The notes below the pieces were generated by a model, which worked only from the letters and a program-made list of their open reading frames with translations, made no database searches and was not told the origin of the DNA. DNA of 49,755 bases from a virus (lineage: Duplodnaviria > Caudoviricetes), in IMG/VR virus record IMGVR_UViG_3300033487_000008, positions 1 through 49,755 of that record; one strand, given 5' to 3'. Each line of letters opens with the position of its first letter. Position 1 is the stretch's first letter. Shown piece by piece: positions 35,753 to 47,618 of this stretch. Made by a program: the position numbers and the translations under genes.

Positions 35753-35753
35753 A

Positions 35754-38492
35754 CTAATAAGTATACCCCCTTTTCACATAAGGAACATCCAACGTTGGTA
35801 GTTTCTCTTTAGCTTTAAGTCTTGACTTCTGCTCTCCTACCTTTCTTATAGCGTGTTTCATTGTAGGCGGTCCTGAAGGAGATACGCTGGGACTTTCAGA
35901 CGGACTGACTGAAGGACTTTCCGAAGGAGACGCAGAAGGAGACACACTAACTGAAGGACTTATGGATGGGAAAATCTCACTTGTGCCGACTACCCACCAG
36001 TCTGCATACAACACATGCCCACCAGATGGAGGGTATACCGACGGGCTTGCTGACGGAGAAGCTGATGGAGACACCGAAGCACTGGGCGACAGGGAGGGAC
36101 TTGCAGACGGAGAAACAGAAGGAGATGCCGATGGCGATGCCGACGGACTTATAGATGGACTGGCCGAGGGACTTGCCGAGGGAGACATCGACACAGATGG
36201 GCTAATTGAAGGGCTGGCAGAAGTATCTCCAGACGGACTTGCCGAGGGGCTTGCAGATGGCGAGGAAGACGGGCTAGTCGAACCCTCCTCTCCATATAGG
36301 ATTACTTCTATACTGGTTTGATTCCATCGGGCACCATAGGACAGGCTTGCACTCATTGTCTGGCTTCCGGCAGTAGCCTTTAATATGTGCTGTCCAGAAC
36401 CGTGTTGATAGGATTGTCCCGCCTGTGACCAGTCAAGGGTTCCACCTGATGTAGTCATGGTGGGGGTGGGTTCGCTCTCTATTGATGTAATTACCCAGCT
36501 GTTGGCATGTGTGGTTGTCAGGGCTAAAGACGCACTTGCACTACTTCCACCCGCACTTGATATATTGGTAGGCAAAATTTGAGCTACGTTATATAAACTG
36601 TAAATTCCATATGCATAGAAAGTTGATGCTCCGCTAAGAATTACATCGTAGGTCCCCACTGAGGGTGCCAAAAGCCCCCATATAGAAGACTTCTCATTAT
36701 AACTTCCTACCTTCTCAACCAGTTTAGTAAATGATGCCCCGTTATAAGTTATACCCGATGGTCCTCCTCCCTGATACGTAGTGTAGGAAACTATCATCAT
36801 TCTGTTATCGTTATCTCCCACTGTTATGGAGGTGCTGGAGTCGTTTTTAGTTGCTACCACAGACCCATCCAAACATATCTCCGAAGGCGGCGGGGTGGGA
36901 CTGGCAGAGGGAGAGGCCGAAGGGCTGGCAGAAGGAGACTTGCTGGGGCTTGCAGAAAGGCTGGCGCTATAAGGTGCCGATAAAGATGGGCTGGCACTGT
37001 GGCTTGGAGACACGCTGGCGGAAGGACTTGTGCTTATAGAAGCAGATGTGCCCGTTTCATACCAAGTCTGTAAAACAGTTCCGTTATACTTCAGTTGATA
37101 GTTTGGAGAGCTGCTCGTACCTTGATTTCCTGCTATGTTTTCATATGACCCGTTTGCATAGTGCCAGTAGTTAAAGCCTACCAGTATTCCATCGTCTATC
37201 AGTCTTTGTAAAGCATCATATATTGTAGTAAGGTACGCCTCATGTTCCGCCTGACTTAAAATGGGAGAGGTTTTGGATGAATCCTTTGACCAATAGTCGC
37301 CCCACTCCTGTAGGAACACGGGTTGTCCTATCTTATTGTAGATATGTCTTATGTCAAGTTCTAAAGCGTCTGCATTAGCCCAACACTTATACGACTTAAA
37401 AGAACATTTATTTAGATTTCCAGAGTACCCGGACTTAACTCTTATAGTTCCGTTTGCAGCAGTTGATGTAAGGTGAAAATGATACCAAACGTCTGGGGTG
37501 GGATTGTGCCACGGTATAGTAAAAGTATTCCATGCGTTATTTACTAAACCGGAGTTAGATATTGTGTCTGTGCCAGTACTCCACTTAACTGAGTAGTCGG
37601 TGTGGTCATACATTTTAACAAGGTTATTCGAAGAGTCGTGGATAGTCATTGTCCAATCTCCACTGCCCTTGTCTACTACGTAAACATCTACAGTTTCGTT
37701 GTAAGCCATTTTTTCTGGAACATAATCTCTCCTTGTAGTAGAACTCTCAGTGATAGAAGTAGGAACGGTATACGTATCTGTACCGCTTATGTCGGTCATA
37801 AACCCATATCCGTCTCCACCATTTAAGAATCTTTTGCCTCTACCTATACAGTATCCGTAATGGTCTATGGGAACAATCCCCGGAGCATTAAACATGGCAC
37901 CCGACCAACTACCCTGTACTATTCCACCTACTTGCTGAGCTGAAAAACCTGTATAACAAGTTATTCCTGCATTAGTACACATTGTGTCTAAGGCGGTTTT
38001 TAAAGCTGGCCAGAAGGTGGTATAAGTACCCCCCACCTCTAGCTGTCGGTGTTCAGGAGAGGTTTCTGGATATGGGGCCAGAATATCTCCGCTTTGGAAC
38101 AAGGAGACATTTGTAGTCATCCAATTAACGCATCTATTTATCCACTGAGTGTTAGTCCATGTTGAGTCGTAAGGAAATCCATATAAACCGCCCTTCTCAT
38201 AATAACAATCCGTTCCTCTCCATAAGACATTTTTTCCTACTGCGTGGATTTTATCGCACCATCTATGAGCATAAGCAGACGGCTCCAACCCAAAACTACT
38301 TCCTGTCTCAGCAATTCTTTCAGCGTTTGTATTCATGACTGTAGAAACGCCTATGTGAGTAACTGATGGGAAGTCTCTTACGATGGAGTCAATAACATTG
38401 TCTACTATGGTCTGACTATATGGATTAAGCATGTAGTCTTTAGTAAACTTCATCACGTCAATACATTTAAATGTAAAGCCACTGTATGCCAT
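35754..38492 (-). CDS. Virion protein: putative glycoside-hydrolase-like TIM barrel + beta domain + three SPSX tracts
   Basis: APYPE, IDHY, VFLQEWG, VGFNYW; repeat tracts. Confidence 0.75.
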   Translation of the reverse strand: MAYSGFTFKCIDVMKFTKDYMLNPYSQTIVDNVIDSIVRDFPSVTHIGVSTVMNTNAERIAETGSSFGLEPSAYAHRWCDKIHAVGKNVLWRGTDCYYEKGGLYGFPYDSTWTNTQWINRCVNWMTTNVSLFQSGDILAPYPETSPEHRQLEVGGTYTTFWPALKTALDTMCTNAGITCYTGFSAQQVGGIVQGSWSGAMFNAPGIVPIDHYGYCIGRGKRFLNGGDGYGFMTDISGTDTYTVPTSITESSTTRRDYVPEKMAYNETVDVYVVDKGSGDWTMTIHDSSNNLVKMYDHTDYSVKWSTGTDTISNSGLVNNAWNTFTIPWHNPTPDVWYHFHLTSTAANGTIRVKSGYSGNLNKCSFKSYKCWANADALELDIRHIYNKIGQPVFLQEWGDYWSKDSSKTSPILSQAEHEAYLTTIYDALQRLIDDGILVGFNYWHYANGSYENIAGNQGTSSSPNYQLKYNGTVLQTWYETGTSASISTSPSASVSPSHSASPSLSAPYSASLSASPSKSPSASPSASPSASPTPPPSEICLDGSVVATKNDSSTSITVGDNDNRMMIVSYTTYQGGGPSGITYNGASFTKLVEKVGSYNEKSSIWGLLAPSVGTYDVILSGASTFYAYGIYSLYNVAQILPTNISSAGGSSASASLALTTTHANSWVITSIESEPTPTMTTSGGTLDWSQAGQSYQHGSGQHILKATAGSQTMSASLSYGARWNQTSIEVILYGEEGSTSPSSSPSASPSASPSGDTSASPSISPSVSMSPSASPSASPSISPSASPSASPSVSPSASPSLSPSASVSPSASPSASPSVYPPSGGHVLYADWWVVGTSEIFPSISPSVSVSPSASPSESPSVSPSESPSVSPSGPPTMKHAIRKVGEQKSRLKAKEKLPTLDVPYVKRGYTY

Positions 38493-41400
38493 TACGATAC
38501 CTCCTGATAAACCCTACAACTAATCTTGCTATCTAAAGCCTTGTAATTTGACAACCCCGATTTGTATCCAGTCAAAATGAAATCAGTGTTTTCTTCGGAG
38601 GTGTTGTCACTGTCCAAGGTTTCCCATAGTCCGGTGGTTCTATTGTATATTTGTAAATATACTGTTGAGGTAGAGGGTGCCAAGGTACTCATTCCCTCCC
38701 ATTTAAGGTAACAATAATCAATAAGTACCACATCCTTGTATTGATGAATCATATATTTTAAAGAAGAACCTTCTTGCCCCACTCTGTAATCATCGCTTGA
38801 AAGTATGTAATAGTAATTCTGTTCCGTATACACCGTAGATAAAGGATCATCATTGGCAGGCAGAGCATCATAGGAACCTTTGCTGTAGTCGGTGTATGCC
38901 CAGCTGGGACTTATACTAGGGCTTACACTTACTGATGGAGACTCGCTTGGGCTCGCTGAAGGGCTAGCACTAGGGCTAGCGGAAGGGCTTGCAGATGGGC
39001 TGGCGCTAGGAGATACGGAGGGGCTAGCCGATACTGACGGAGATATGCTGGGGCTAGCGCTTGGAGACGCACTAGGAGACTCCGATACGGAAGGACTTAT
39101 ACTAGGTGAAGCACTGGGGGAAGCGCTAGGGGAGACGCTAGGTGATGCACTAACTGATGGACTTATTGAAGGCGAGGCCGAAGGACTCTCAGAAACCGAG
39201 GGGCTTATAGATGGAGATGCAGAAACTGTCGTGGCAGCTTTTATAGAGAATTGATGTAATCCGAAAAGATTATAGGTGGCGTTAGCGGCTGTATTTGTAA
39301 CATTCCCTGTAGCCCCAGCAGATTCCTGCAGAAGATAGGATACCTTGACCGGCTCCTGTGCGTTTAGAGTTGCAATCTCAACCCAAGACCCACCGGGACT
39401 TCCTGCGTTCCATTCTCCTGAAGCATTGTCTATGTTTGCTACTGCAATAGCCCAAGCGCCGTCTGTTCCGGTTGTTATAGTATCGCAGACAACGGTAGCA
39501 GAGGGCGTTGCAGCATTTAAAGACTCTGTTGGAACAACGTCCCAAACATCTGCGTGTGCTCCCCTGACTAAAAATGCAACAATCGCCCAGCGGTCTGCAC
39601 CGGACAAAGTATAAGTGTAGGTGTCTGGCTCAGAAGCACCAATCACACGGTAGTAAACACAAAAACCCAGCCCCCCAGCTCCGCCATATCCGTAGTCTAA
39701 ACTCTCTGTTGTAGCATTAGCCCCGTTATTATCAACACAGGTCTTATCCCCTGCATTGTGGGATATGATAACAACAAGCAAATCCCCCGCAGAACCAGTA
39801 GGCTTAGTAACAGTCGGAGAAGCGTCACTTCCCGACGCTGTTTCTGTGTCAATTAAGCTGATGCCAGACGGGGCAGACGGTGACACTGATGGAGATTCCG
39901 AAGGGCTTGCACTCGGACTGGCAGAGGGACTAGCACTGGGGCTGGCTGAGGGTGAGGCGGATGGACTAGCACTGGGACTAGCACTTATAGAGGGCGAGAT
40001 GGAAGGAGAAGCCGAAGGCGACGCTGAAGGACTCTCAGATACTGAAGGAGATATAGATGGACTTGCGGACGGACTAGCACTTGGTGATGCACTAGCACTC
40101 GGAGATATTGATGGTGAAGCTGAAGGAGACTCTGACGGACTAGCCGAAACCGAAGGACTTATGGAAGGCGACGCACTTGGACTAGCGGAGGGGCTTTCGG
40201 AAGCACTAGGAGAAACGGAGGGCGACGCAGATGGACTGGCTGAGGGACTTGCGCTGGGGCTAACCGACGGGGATGCCGACTCCGACGGACTAATGGACGG
40301 TGAGGCCGATGGGCTTTCCGAAGGAGACACACTCACAGACGGGCTTATCGAAGGAGATGCGGATGGGCTGGCACTTGGTGATACCGAGGGACTCTCAGAT
40401 GGGGACTCGGATGGGGATGCGGAGGGACTTGCACTAGGACTGGCGGAGGGAGAGGCCGATACACTAGGGCTTATTGAGGGAGATGCAGACACACCTATTA
40501 AGACATTCCAGTAATCGGTATAGAGCGTCTGTTCCACGGAGCTCGGAGATACAGAAGGAGACTCTGATACTGATGGACTAACTGATGGACTGGCACTGGG
40601 ACTGGCACTAGGGCTTGCCGAGGGAGATGCGGATGGACTGGCTGAAGGTGATACCGATATAGACGGACTTATAGATGGAGACTCACTAGGCGACTCACTT
40701 GGACTAGCTGATGGACTAGCACTGGGACTAACGCTTGGCGACGCACTAACAGATGGTGAGATGGAAGGACTCTCAGACGGAGAGGCGGACGGACTAGCAC
40801 TGGGGCTTGCGGAAGGACTAGCACTAGGAGAAGCGCTAACACTAGGTGATATCGAGGGCGAGGCCGACGGTGACTCTGAAGGACTGGCCGAAGGTGATGC
40901 ACTGGGAGATTCGGAAACCGACGGACTAATACTTGGTGAAGCGCTTGGACTGGCAGAAGGGCTCTCAGAAATGCTGGGAGATATGGAAGGAGAGGCGCTT
41001 GGACTGACCGACGGACTTTCACTAGGACTCGCAGATGGCGAGGCAGACACCGAGGGACTTATTGATGGGCTAGCGCTAGGACTGGCTGATGGAGAGACAC
41101 TTGGAGAGGCCGAAGGACTAGCTGAAACTGATGGAGAGGTGCTAGGACTGGCACTTGGTGAGGCCGACGGAGAGGCACTCGGGGAAGCCGAAGGGGATGC
41201 ACTGGGAGAGGCGCTGGGACTAACCGACGGAGATGCTGAGGGGCTTGCCGATGGACTGGCACTTACCGAAGGACTGATAGACGGGCTGGCACTGGGAGAG
41301 GCAGAGATAGAAACACTTGCACTTGGGGATGGCGACTCGCTCGGAGATGCCGAGGCACTAGGAGAGATACTAGGACTAGCACTGGGTGACTTGCTCGGTG

Positions 41401-42676
41401 AAACAGATGGAGATACTGACGGAAGTTCTTGCCTATAACTTACCATCGCCCAAACCGCACTGATGTAAGTATATTTGGAAGAAGAGGCCGCAGTTGCCTT
41501 AAATCCAATGTTCAAATCATCTAATGCCGTAACTGTCCATGCAGTAGAATCGTCTGGCTGGACATAGCATTGGATAGGATAAGGTCTTGAGTCGTGATAA
41601 ACTCTCCAGTCATATACCTGAACTGCATTGGTACACCAAGTCGTAGATATAGGTGTTAGTTCCGCACCTTGCTTGACCGTTCCTCCAGAACCCACTTTAG
41701 CTTCAAGTTTTGTTCCTATCGGAGTAGCTGCACCAGAGGAAGCAAATCTCCAACCGACCTCAACCACTTTGATAGTATCGCTCGAAGAAAGCCCAGACGC
41801 TCCACAGGTATAAAAATCCTCTTCATTCTGTGTCTTGCTTTCCAAATAATCTGTTGCATCGTTTGGAGTGGTTTCATCCTCAACCGTATAGTTATTTGCA
41901 TCCCCCGCAGACCCTGTGCTTTTAAGCCATGTATTCACACTTCCAGCACCGTCGGGTCGTATGGCAATTACTGTCTGAACGCCCGGCCAAGTATTTTCAT
42001 AAGACCCCGTATTGTCGTTTGCTATTACGTTATCGAAATACCAGTCTCCCGATGCAGTTGCAGCGGATTCTATACACAAACCCATTTCGATTTCACCTGT
42101 TGCAGTTGCAGTATTTCCAGTTAAGGAAAGTGCTGTTCCTGTGGATACTGTGGTATAGGTATAGTCTGAATACGACTTAATTCTAAATTCTGTATCAATA
42201 GAACTTGCAGAGTTCCACTTTACATACATTCCAATTCGATACCACTGGCCTAAAGTTAAAGCAGCACTTGGGGAACCTATATTTGTATACGTTGTAGCAC
42301 TCGTAGATGTGTAGTACGCCTGTATAGTTCTATTAGTATTAAAGATAAGTCCAAGTGGCGTGTAGTAGTTTGCATCTGAATCTTCTAGCAGAGCGACAGC
42401 ATGAGTTGCATTGTTTGGAGCAACATCCATTCTCATATCAAACTCTACATAAACCGTACCTGCCTGAGTACCAAAACAAGCATATTCGGAAGAATATCTA
42501 GCGGTTGTGTCGTAACATCTTAGGGAGGCAGCACCACCGTTTTTAACTGCCGTACTGATAGACAAAGATACATTGGTTGCGGGGTTTTGATACCATGTCC
42601 AATGCTCGACACCTTGACTTCTTGCTGCTGTTGGTATGCTTTGTAATTCAAACCCTGATGTAAAAATACGAGCCAT
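38492..42676 (-). CDS. Large virion fibre-like protein: lectin-like N-domain, three SPSX tracts, internal beta domain, shared C-terminal domain (start MARIF)
   Basis: TAATG overlaps; FTSGFE...WYRI...YFDNV pattern; repeat tracts. Confidence 0.8.
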   Translation of the reverse strand: MARIFTSGFELQSIPTAARSQGVEHWTWYQNPATNVSLSISTAVKNGGAASLRCYDTTARYSSEYACFGTQAGTVYVEFDMRMDVAPNNATHAVALLEDSDANYYTPLGLIFNTNRTIQAYYTSTSATTYTNIGSPSAALTLGQWYRIGMYVKWNSASSIDTEFRIKSYSDYTYTTVSTGTALSLTGNTATATGEIEMGLCIESAATASGDWYFDNVIANDNTGSYENTWPGVQTVIAIRPDGAGSVNTWLKSTGSAGDANNYTVEDETTPNDATDYLESKTQNEEDFYTCGASGLSSSDTIKVVEVGWRFASSGAATPIGTKLEAKVGSGGTVKQGAELTPISTTWCTNAVQVYDWRVYHDSRPYPIQCYVQPDDSTAWTVTALDDLNIGFKATAASSSKYTYISAVWAMVSYRQELPSVSPSVSPSKSPSASPSISPSASASPSESPSPSASVSISASPSASPSISPSVSASPSASPSASPSVSPSASPSASPSASPSASPSASPSASPSTSPSVSASPSASPSVSPSASPSASPSISPSVSASPSASPSESPSVSPSASPSISPSISESPSASPSASPSISPSVSESPSASPSASPSESPSASPSISPSVSASPSASPSASPSASPSASPSESPSISPSVSASPSVSPSASPSASPSESPSESPSISPSISVSPSASPSASPSASPSASPSASPSVSPSVSESPSVSPSSVEQTLYTDYWNVLIGVSASPSISPSVSASPSASPSASPSASPSESPSESPSVSPSASPSASPSISPSVSVSPSESPSASPSISPSESASPSVSPSASPSASPSASPSVSPSASESPSASPSASPSISPSVSASPSESPSASPSISPSASASPSASPSASPSISPSVSESPSASPSASPSISPSISASPSASPSASPSASPSASPSASPSASPSESPSVSPSAPSGISLIDTETASGSDASPTVTKPTGSAGDLLVVIISHNAGDKTCVDNNGANATTESLDYGYGGAGGLGFCVYYRVIGASEPDTYTYTLSGADRWAIVAFLVRGAHADVWDVVPTESLNAATPSATVVCDTITTGTDGAWAIAVANIDNASGEWNAGSPGGSWVEIATLNAQEPVKVSYLLQESAGATGNVTNTAANATYNLFGLHQFSIKAATTVSASPSISPSVSESPSASPSISPSVSASPSVSPSASPSASPSISPSVSESPSASPSASPSISPSVSASPSVSPSASPSASPSASPSASPSASPSESPSVSVSPSISPSWAYTDYSKGSYDALPANDDPLSTVYTEQNYYYILSSDDYRVGQEGSSLKYMIHQYKDVVLIDYCYLKWEGMSTLAPSTSTVYLQIYNRTTGLWETLDSDNTSEENTDFILTGYKSGLSNYKALDSKISCRVYQEVS

Positions 42677-45600
42677 TAGGTAGCCTCCTGCCAAACTCTA
42701 CAACTTATTACGTTGCTTGGATTTCTGTAATGCGCCGATATATCTACTACATTAGTTAAAATAAAGTCTGTATTAGCATCAGATACGTTGTCAGTATCCA
42801 CATCATCCCACGTGGTAGTGTCTAGGTTATATATCTGCAATTTAACTATGGACGAGGAGGGTGCCAAGGTTGTCTGACCTTCCCACTCCAAAGTACAAGA
42901 TGAGACGTTTCCCACATAGTTCTTAAACTCATGAACTATAAACTGTGAAAGCCCCGTCTGTCCCACTCTTACCTCGTTGTTACTGGATACGTTGGTGTAC
43001 TCTTCCGCTGAGTAGGTATTTTCCAAGTCATCATTATTTGCTGGTAAGTCTTCGTAGTTTCCTTTTGTATAGTCTTGCCAGCCAGGACTTGGAGATGGGG
43101 ACGCTGATGGAGATGCAGAGGCCGACGGACTAACGCTCGGAGAAGCACTGGGAGATTCTGAAGGGCTGACGGACGGTGATGCGGAGGGACTCGCCGACGG
43201 ACTAGCTGAAGGAGAGACACTGGGGCTGGCACTGGCCGAAGGCGAGATGCTTGGTGATTCTGAGGGACTGGCAGATGGGGAAACACTTGGAGAAGCAGAT
43301 GGGCTGGCAGAAGGAGACTCGCTTACTGAAGGACTGACACTTGGAGACTCTGAAGGACTGGCCGAAGGTGATGCACTAACACTAGGGCTTATAGATGGCG
43401 ATACGGACGGACTAGCTGAAGGCGATGCACTCACGGAGGGACTAATAGAAGGTGAGGCAGAGGGCGAGGCGCTAGGAGATACACTTGGACTAGCACTAAC
43501 GGAAGGAGATACTGAAGGACTGGCACTAGGAGATTCGCTGGGGCTAGCACTGGCTGAGGGACTGATAGAGGGACTGGCAGAGGGAGAAGCCGATGGGCTA
43601 GCTGATGCACTAGGACTAACCGAGGGACTGGCACTAGGACTTGCCGACGGACTGGCACTCACCGAGGGACTTATGGAGGGAGAGGCAGACGGAGAAGCGG
43701 ATGGACTTTCTGAAACAGAAGGGCTTATAGATGGACTGGCAGATGGAGAGGCAGAAGGGGACGCACTGGGAGAAGCCGAAGCAGAGAACGACGGAGAAGC
43801 GGAATATCCTACCAGGTAGGTAGCATAACAGTCTATGGGGCCATTGGCATCACCCGGGACAAAAGTAGTCGGAGGCCCGTCCGAATAAGTATCCAACATT
43901 CTTTTTTGTGCTGCTGCCGTATCAGCCCTGCTTTGATACCAGTTTCCTGTTCCCGGATCTTCGTGGTGTACCCCAATCCAGTAGGGCGTATCTGCAATAA
44001 CATATATTTGATTGGCTCCTGAAAAGGCAAAGTCTATCGCATCCTCCGAAGTGTTGGATACTGTAACCTCATCACCTGTAGCCAGAAGTGTATTAGGACT
44101 TCCGCCCGAATCAGAATAAACGACACCCCTTGCTTTTGAAGTAGAACCAGCATCCACCCAGCACCTCATGGTTAGTTTCACAAGCCTTCCGTTTGAGGAG
44201 GGCGTAGCTGAGCTTACTTCAAGCCTGTCAGCAGAGTTGGAGGAACTGGATGCCCCATCGGTAGTCTTTCCAAAGGTATCTGTTGACCCTTCTGAAGGGC
44301 TGACAGAGGGAGATGCAGAAGGACTGACGCTGGGACTGGCACTAGGACTCTCGCTCACCGACGGAGATATTGAAGGCGACTCTGATGGTGAAGCACTAGG
44401 AGATGCACTTGGGGATGCGGAGACTGACGGAGAGATGCTGGGACTGGCTGAAGGGCTTTCTGATGGACTGGCCGAAACAGAAGGGCTGATAGATGGGCTA
44501 GCGCTAGGACTGGCAGAAGGACTGGCACTGGCAGATGGGCTAATTGATGGACTTGCCGAGGGACTCTCGCTGGGACTGGCGCTTGCTGAAGGGCTGATGG
44601 ACGGTGAGATGGATGGGGAGGCAGAGGGAGACTCACTTGCCGACGGACTAACTGAAGGCGACGCACTGGGGCTGGCACTAGGTGATTCAGAAGGCGAGAC
44701 TGAAGGACTCTCACTTACAGATGGGCTTATGCTTGAAGATTCCGAAGGACTAGCGCTGGGACTTGCGCTAGGAGACTCACTAGGGCTAGCACTTACCGAG
44801 GGGCTGATACTGGGAGAAGCGCTTGGACTGGCGGAAGGGCTGACAGAAGGAGATACAGATGGAGAAGCCGATACAGATGGACTGATAGATGGCGAAGCGG
44901 AGGGAGACGCCGATGGTGAAACAGATACCGAGGGGCTTACAGATGGTGACGCACTAGGACTAGCGCTAGGACTTGCTGATACGCTGGGAGATGTAGAAGG
45001 AGAAGCCGAAGGACTGGCAGAGGGACTTCTACTTGGAGATGCCGAGGGCGAGGCTGAAACTGAAGGGCTGATACTAGGAGAAGCCGATGGAGAAACAGAG
45101 GGCGAAGCTGACCCGGGCGTTGTGTATTCCACATATAACTTGGGGCGGTATCCTGCAGTAGAAGCACCACTACTATGTATACTCATGACATCTCCGCCCG
45201 TACTACCTTTCAAAACTATTCCATAGTTGGCACTTACCATCTCAGAAAACTCGGTTGTATCTAATGTAAAAGTCTTAGCTGCGTTTGCTGACCACGAAGT
45301 ATTGAATGTAGCGGAACCCATTGAGGTAGAATCAAAGTCTGTTCCGCTAACACTACATCCTGCATTTGTTCCACCATTATTATCTGTATCCCCTGCCCAG
45401 CGTACTGTTGAGGGATTAGCATAGTTCCAAGTAGCTCCCTCAACCCACCCACTGTTGGCAGATAAGATTCGATAAGCGTTCCAAGTACCGCTTCCCCAGC
45501 TTAGGGCGGTTTGACAATAAAGAGTAAGAGTTGCTGAAGTAATAGTTTTTCCTACAAGCTCAGATAAATCAAACTTAAGAAGTATTTGATAACCACTGGT

Positions 45601-45708
45601 AATTTCAAAGATAGCTTCTTCTCCGTAAACAGTATTGGCAGAATAAGAGTTGGTATAGGTATCTACCGCTGTTGCCTCGGCTGGTTGTAATGTTAGTGGT
45701 GATGCCAT
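42676..45708 (-). CDS. Large virion fibre-like protein: DNRLRE/CBM96-like N-domain, two SPSX tracts, shared C-terminal domain
   Basis: DTY...LLKFDLS...ITSATLTLY...W.E..TWN...RPKL.VEY; repeat tracts. Confidence 0.8.
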   Translation of the reverse strand: MASPLTLQPAEATAVDTYTNSYSANTVYGEEAIFEITSGYQILLKFDLSELVGKTITSATLTLYCQTALSWGSGTWNAYRILSANSGWVEGATWNYANPSTVRWAGDTDNNGGTNAGCSVSGTDFDSTSMGSATFNTSWSANAAKTFTLDTTEFSEMVSANYGIVLKGSTGGDVMSIHSSGASTAGYRPKLYVEYTTPGSASPSVSPSASPSISPSVSASPSASPSRSPSASPSASPSTSPSVSASPSASPSASPSVSPSVSVSPSASPSASPSISPSVSASPSVSPSVSPSASPSASPSISPSVSASPSESPSASPSASPSESSSISPSVSESPSVSPSESPSASPSASPSVSPSASESPSASPSISPSISPSASASPSESPSASPSISPSASASPSASPSASPSISPSVSASPSESPSASPSISPSVSASPSASPSASPSESPSISPSVSESPSASPSVSPSASPSVSPSEGSTDTFGKTTDGASSSSNSADRLEVSSATPSSNGRLVKLTMRCWVDAGSTSKARGVVYSDSGGSPNTLLATGDEVTVSNTSEDAIDFAFSGANQIYVIADTPYWIGVHHEDPGTGNWYQSRADTAAAQKRMLDTYSDGPPTTFVPGDANGPIDCYATYLVGYSASPSFSASASPSASPSASPSASPSISPSVSESPSASPSASPSISPSVSASPSASPSASPSVSPSASASPSASPSASPSISPSASASPSESPSASPSVSPSVSASPSVSPSASPSASPSISPSVSASPSASPSVSPSISPSVSASPSASPSESPSVSPSVSESPSASPSASPSVSPSASPSESPSISPSASASPSVSPSASPSASPSASPSVSPSESPSASPSVSPSASASPSASPSPSPGWQDYTKGNYEDLPANNDDLENTYSAEEYTNVSSNNEVRVGQTGLSQFIVHEFKNYVGNVSSCTLEWEGQTTLAPSSSIVKLQIYNLDTTTWDDVDTDNVSDANTDFILTNVVDISAHYRNPSNVISCRVWQEAT

Positions 45709-45713
45709 TTAGG

Positions 45714-45755
45714 TTATTTTCTTTCCAGAAAGCCCGCTGGCTTTGTAATTAACAT
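45714..45755 (-). CDS. 13-aa leaderless leader peptide MLITKPAGFLERK
   Basis: TATAAT(45762-67)-6nt-ATG; stop is 5 nt before the ATG of 45708. Confidence 0.45.
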   Translation of the reverse strand: MLITKPAGFLERK

Positions 45756-45772
45756 GTGTTAATTATACGATT

Positions 45773-46774
45773 TTAGGACTTATTTAGCGAGGATTCATGG
45801 GCCTTTAGAGCATCTAAATCTTCCTGTTTCCAACCCTTAATAGGCCAGAAACGCTCTACAAGCCAGCTAATGGGGTATATTTGCTTGTCGAATTTTCTGT
45901 TAAGGAAAAGATTCCATACATTATCTTTAGTCCTCTTGGTGTCACGACCTCCCAGTTGATAGGGAAAACCGAAGTCTCCGCCCTGAGTTCTGAACATGTG
46001 GGCGTACCAAGTCTTACGGTTAACAAGAACTCTGCCTCCCGAGAGCCAAGTCTTACAGGCTATCTCAATTCCCTGGTTTCCCCAGTTGCCAAGTTCCTCC
46101 CCGCAGATGTTAAGCTCCCAGTATTTTTCTCTGGTAAGCATAAAGCAGGAACCTTGCAGACTCATGGTCTCGTTGAAACCTTCCTCTATCATCTTTTGTA
46201 CCTCGGGCCTTTTAAGGTATTCGTTCCAGTATTGAAAGTGTGGCTCTGCATCAAAGCAGTAGGAGTTACTCTGTGGGCGTTCCTTGCCTATCCACATAAG
46301 TTTTCTTTCAAACTTGGTTCCTTCGCAGGGAGTCTCTGTTCCCTTGTAGTTTTCCTCTTTGCACTTGGTGGGGGTGGGACCCTGATACCACTTCTTTCCG
46401 CAGGTCTTGCACTTCCAATCAAACGCCCACAGGTTTCTCATGGTGGGAACCATAGTCACGTTGTCTCCCGTTACGGTAAACGCCTCTAACATCTTCCTAT
46501 CAAAGCCCTTGTCAAATGAGCAGTGGGCGTCGACCTTCATGATGTATTTGGCTCTGCTGAGTTTAGCGGCTAGGTTCGCACCCGCCCTTTGACCTATGGA
46601 TTTGTTCACATAAATGAGGTTTACATTGGGTAGCTGTGGGACGGGAGGGTCGTCTGGCACTCCATCAAGGAGAGCGATAACTTCTGTCTCTGCTTCCCGG
46701 TTTTTGACTATATCCAGCACGGTTTCCCTGAGGAACATCTCGTTACGGCTGGGGATTATTATTGATAGTTGCAT
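45773..46774 (-). CDS. Family 2 glycosyltransferase (paralog C) with Cys4 insert
   Basis: LSIIIPSR, LLDG, KVDAH, SLQGSC; CKTC..C..C insert. Confidence 0.9.
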   Translation of the reverse strand: MQLSIIIPSRNEMFLRETVLDIVKNREAETEVIALLDGVPDDPPVPQLPNVNLIYVNKSIGQRAGANLAAKLSRAKYIMKVDAHCSFDKGFDRKMLEAFTVTGDNVTMVPTMRNLWAFDWKCKTCGKKWYQGPTPTKCKEENYKGTETPCEGTKFERKLMWIGKERPQSNSYCFDAEPHFQYWNEYLKRPEVQKMIEEGFNETMSLQGSCFMLTREKYWELNICGEELGNWGNQGIEIACKTWLSGGRVLVNRKTWYAHMFRTQGGDFGFPYQLGGRDTKRTKDNVWNLFLNRKFDKQIYPISWLVERFWPIKGWKQEDLDALKAHESSLNKS

Positions 46775-47618
46775 CTATGGTTCTCCTTAGGCCTTCTTCA
46801 AGGCTAATTTTAGGCTTCAGACCCAGCACCCTTTTGACTTTGGACATGTCTGCCAGAGTCTGCGGGGGTTCGAATACTTTCGGAACGTACTCTGGAAGCA
46901 CGCTCTTTCCCATTATAGAACAAATCGTAGCGTAGAGTTCGTTTATGGAAACACTCTTGCCTGAGCCTGCATTAAACGCCTCTCCGTATTCCTTGCAGGT
47001 AGAAGCCGCCAAGATAATATCTATCACGTCATCCACATAAACAAAGTCCCTCTCCTGTCTGCCGTCTCCTGTTATCCACGGGGTTTCTCCACTGCTTAGG
47101 TACTTTATAAAGTTAGGAACTGCAGCAGCGTAGGGTCCACCGGGAGCCTGTCTTGCACCAAAGACATTGAAGGGTCTTATTGAGTTTACCTCAAGACCGT
47201 AGAGCTTTCCGAAGAGTTTTGCGTACTGTTCCCCTACCCACTTTTGTAGGGCATAGGGAGACATAGGGTTAGGCTCGGCACTCTCAGGGGTCGGACACAC
47301 GTTTTCTCCGTATAAGGAAGAGCTGGAGACAAACACAACTCTCTTAACTGCATGATCCATAGCGTGTAGGAATACCTTTATGGTTCCCTCCACGTTTATT
47401 CTGTTAGATTCCTCAGGGTGTTTGATAGACCACTGAGGTCGTGTCAAGGCAGCCAGATGAAACACCACGTCAACCCCGTCAAACAACTCTCCTATTCCCT
47501 CGTCCATTATGGAGGCACCACAGACGTTATCTATTATCACTACCTCTCCTTCTCTGCTAAGTCTTTCAACCAGATGGCTTCCGAGAAACCCCGAACCCCC
47601 GGTACATAAATACTTCAT
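46743..47618 (-). CDS. NAD-dependent NDP-sugar epimerase/dehydratase (start MKYLCTGG)
   Basis: TGGSGFLGS, FHLAA, SSSS, YALQK, FNVFG, RDFVYV. Confidence 0.93.
   Translation of the reverse strand: MKYLCTGGSGFLGSHLVERLSREGEVVIIDNVCGASIMDEGIGELFDGVDVVFHLAALTRPQWSIKHPEESNRINVEGTIKVFLHAMDHAVKRVVFVSSSSLYGENVCPTPESAEPNPMSPYALQKWVGEQYAKLFGKLYGLEVNSIRPFNVFGARQAPGGPYAAAVPNFIKYLSSGETPWITGDGRQERDFVYVDDVIDIILAASTCKEYGEAFNAGSGKSVSINELYATICSIMGKSVLPEYVPKVFEPPQTLADMSKVKRVLGLKPKISLEEGLRRTIDATINNNPQP

Noticed and set aside
38900-45115. Possible CRISPR array or DGR repeats
   Set aside because: No constant repeat with unique spacers, no cas operon, no reverse transcriptase; the repeats are coding
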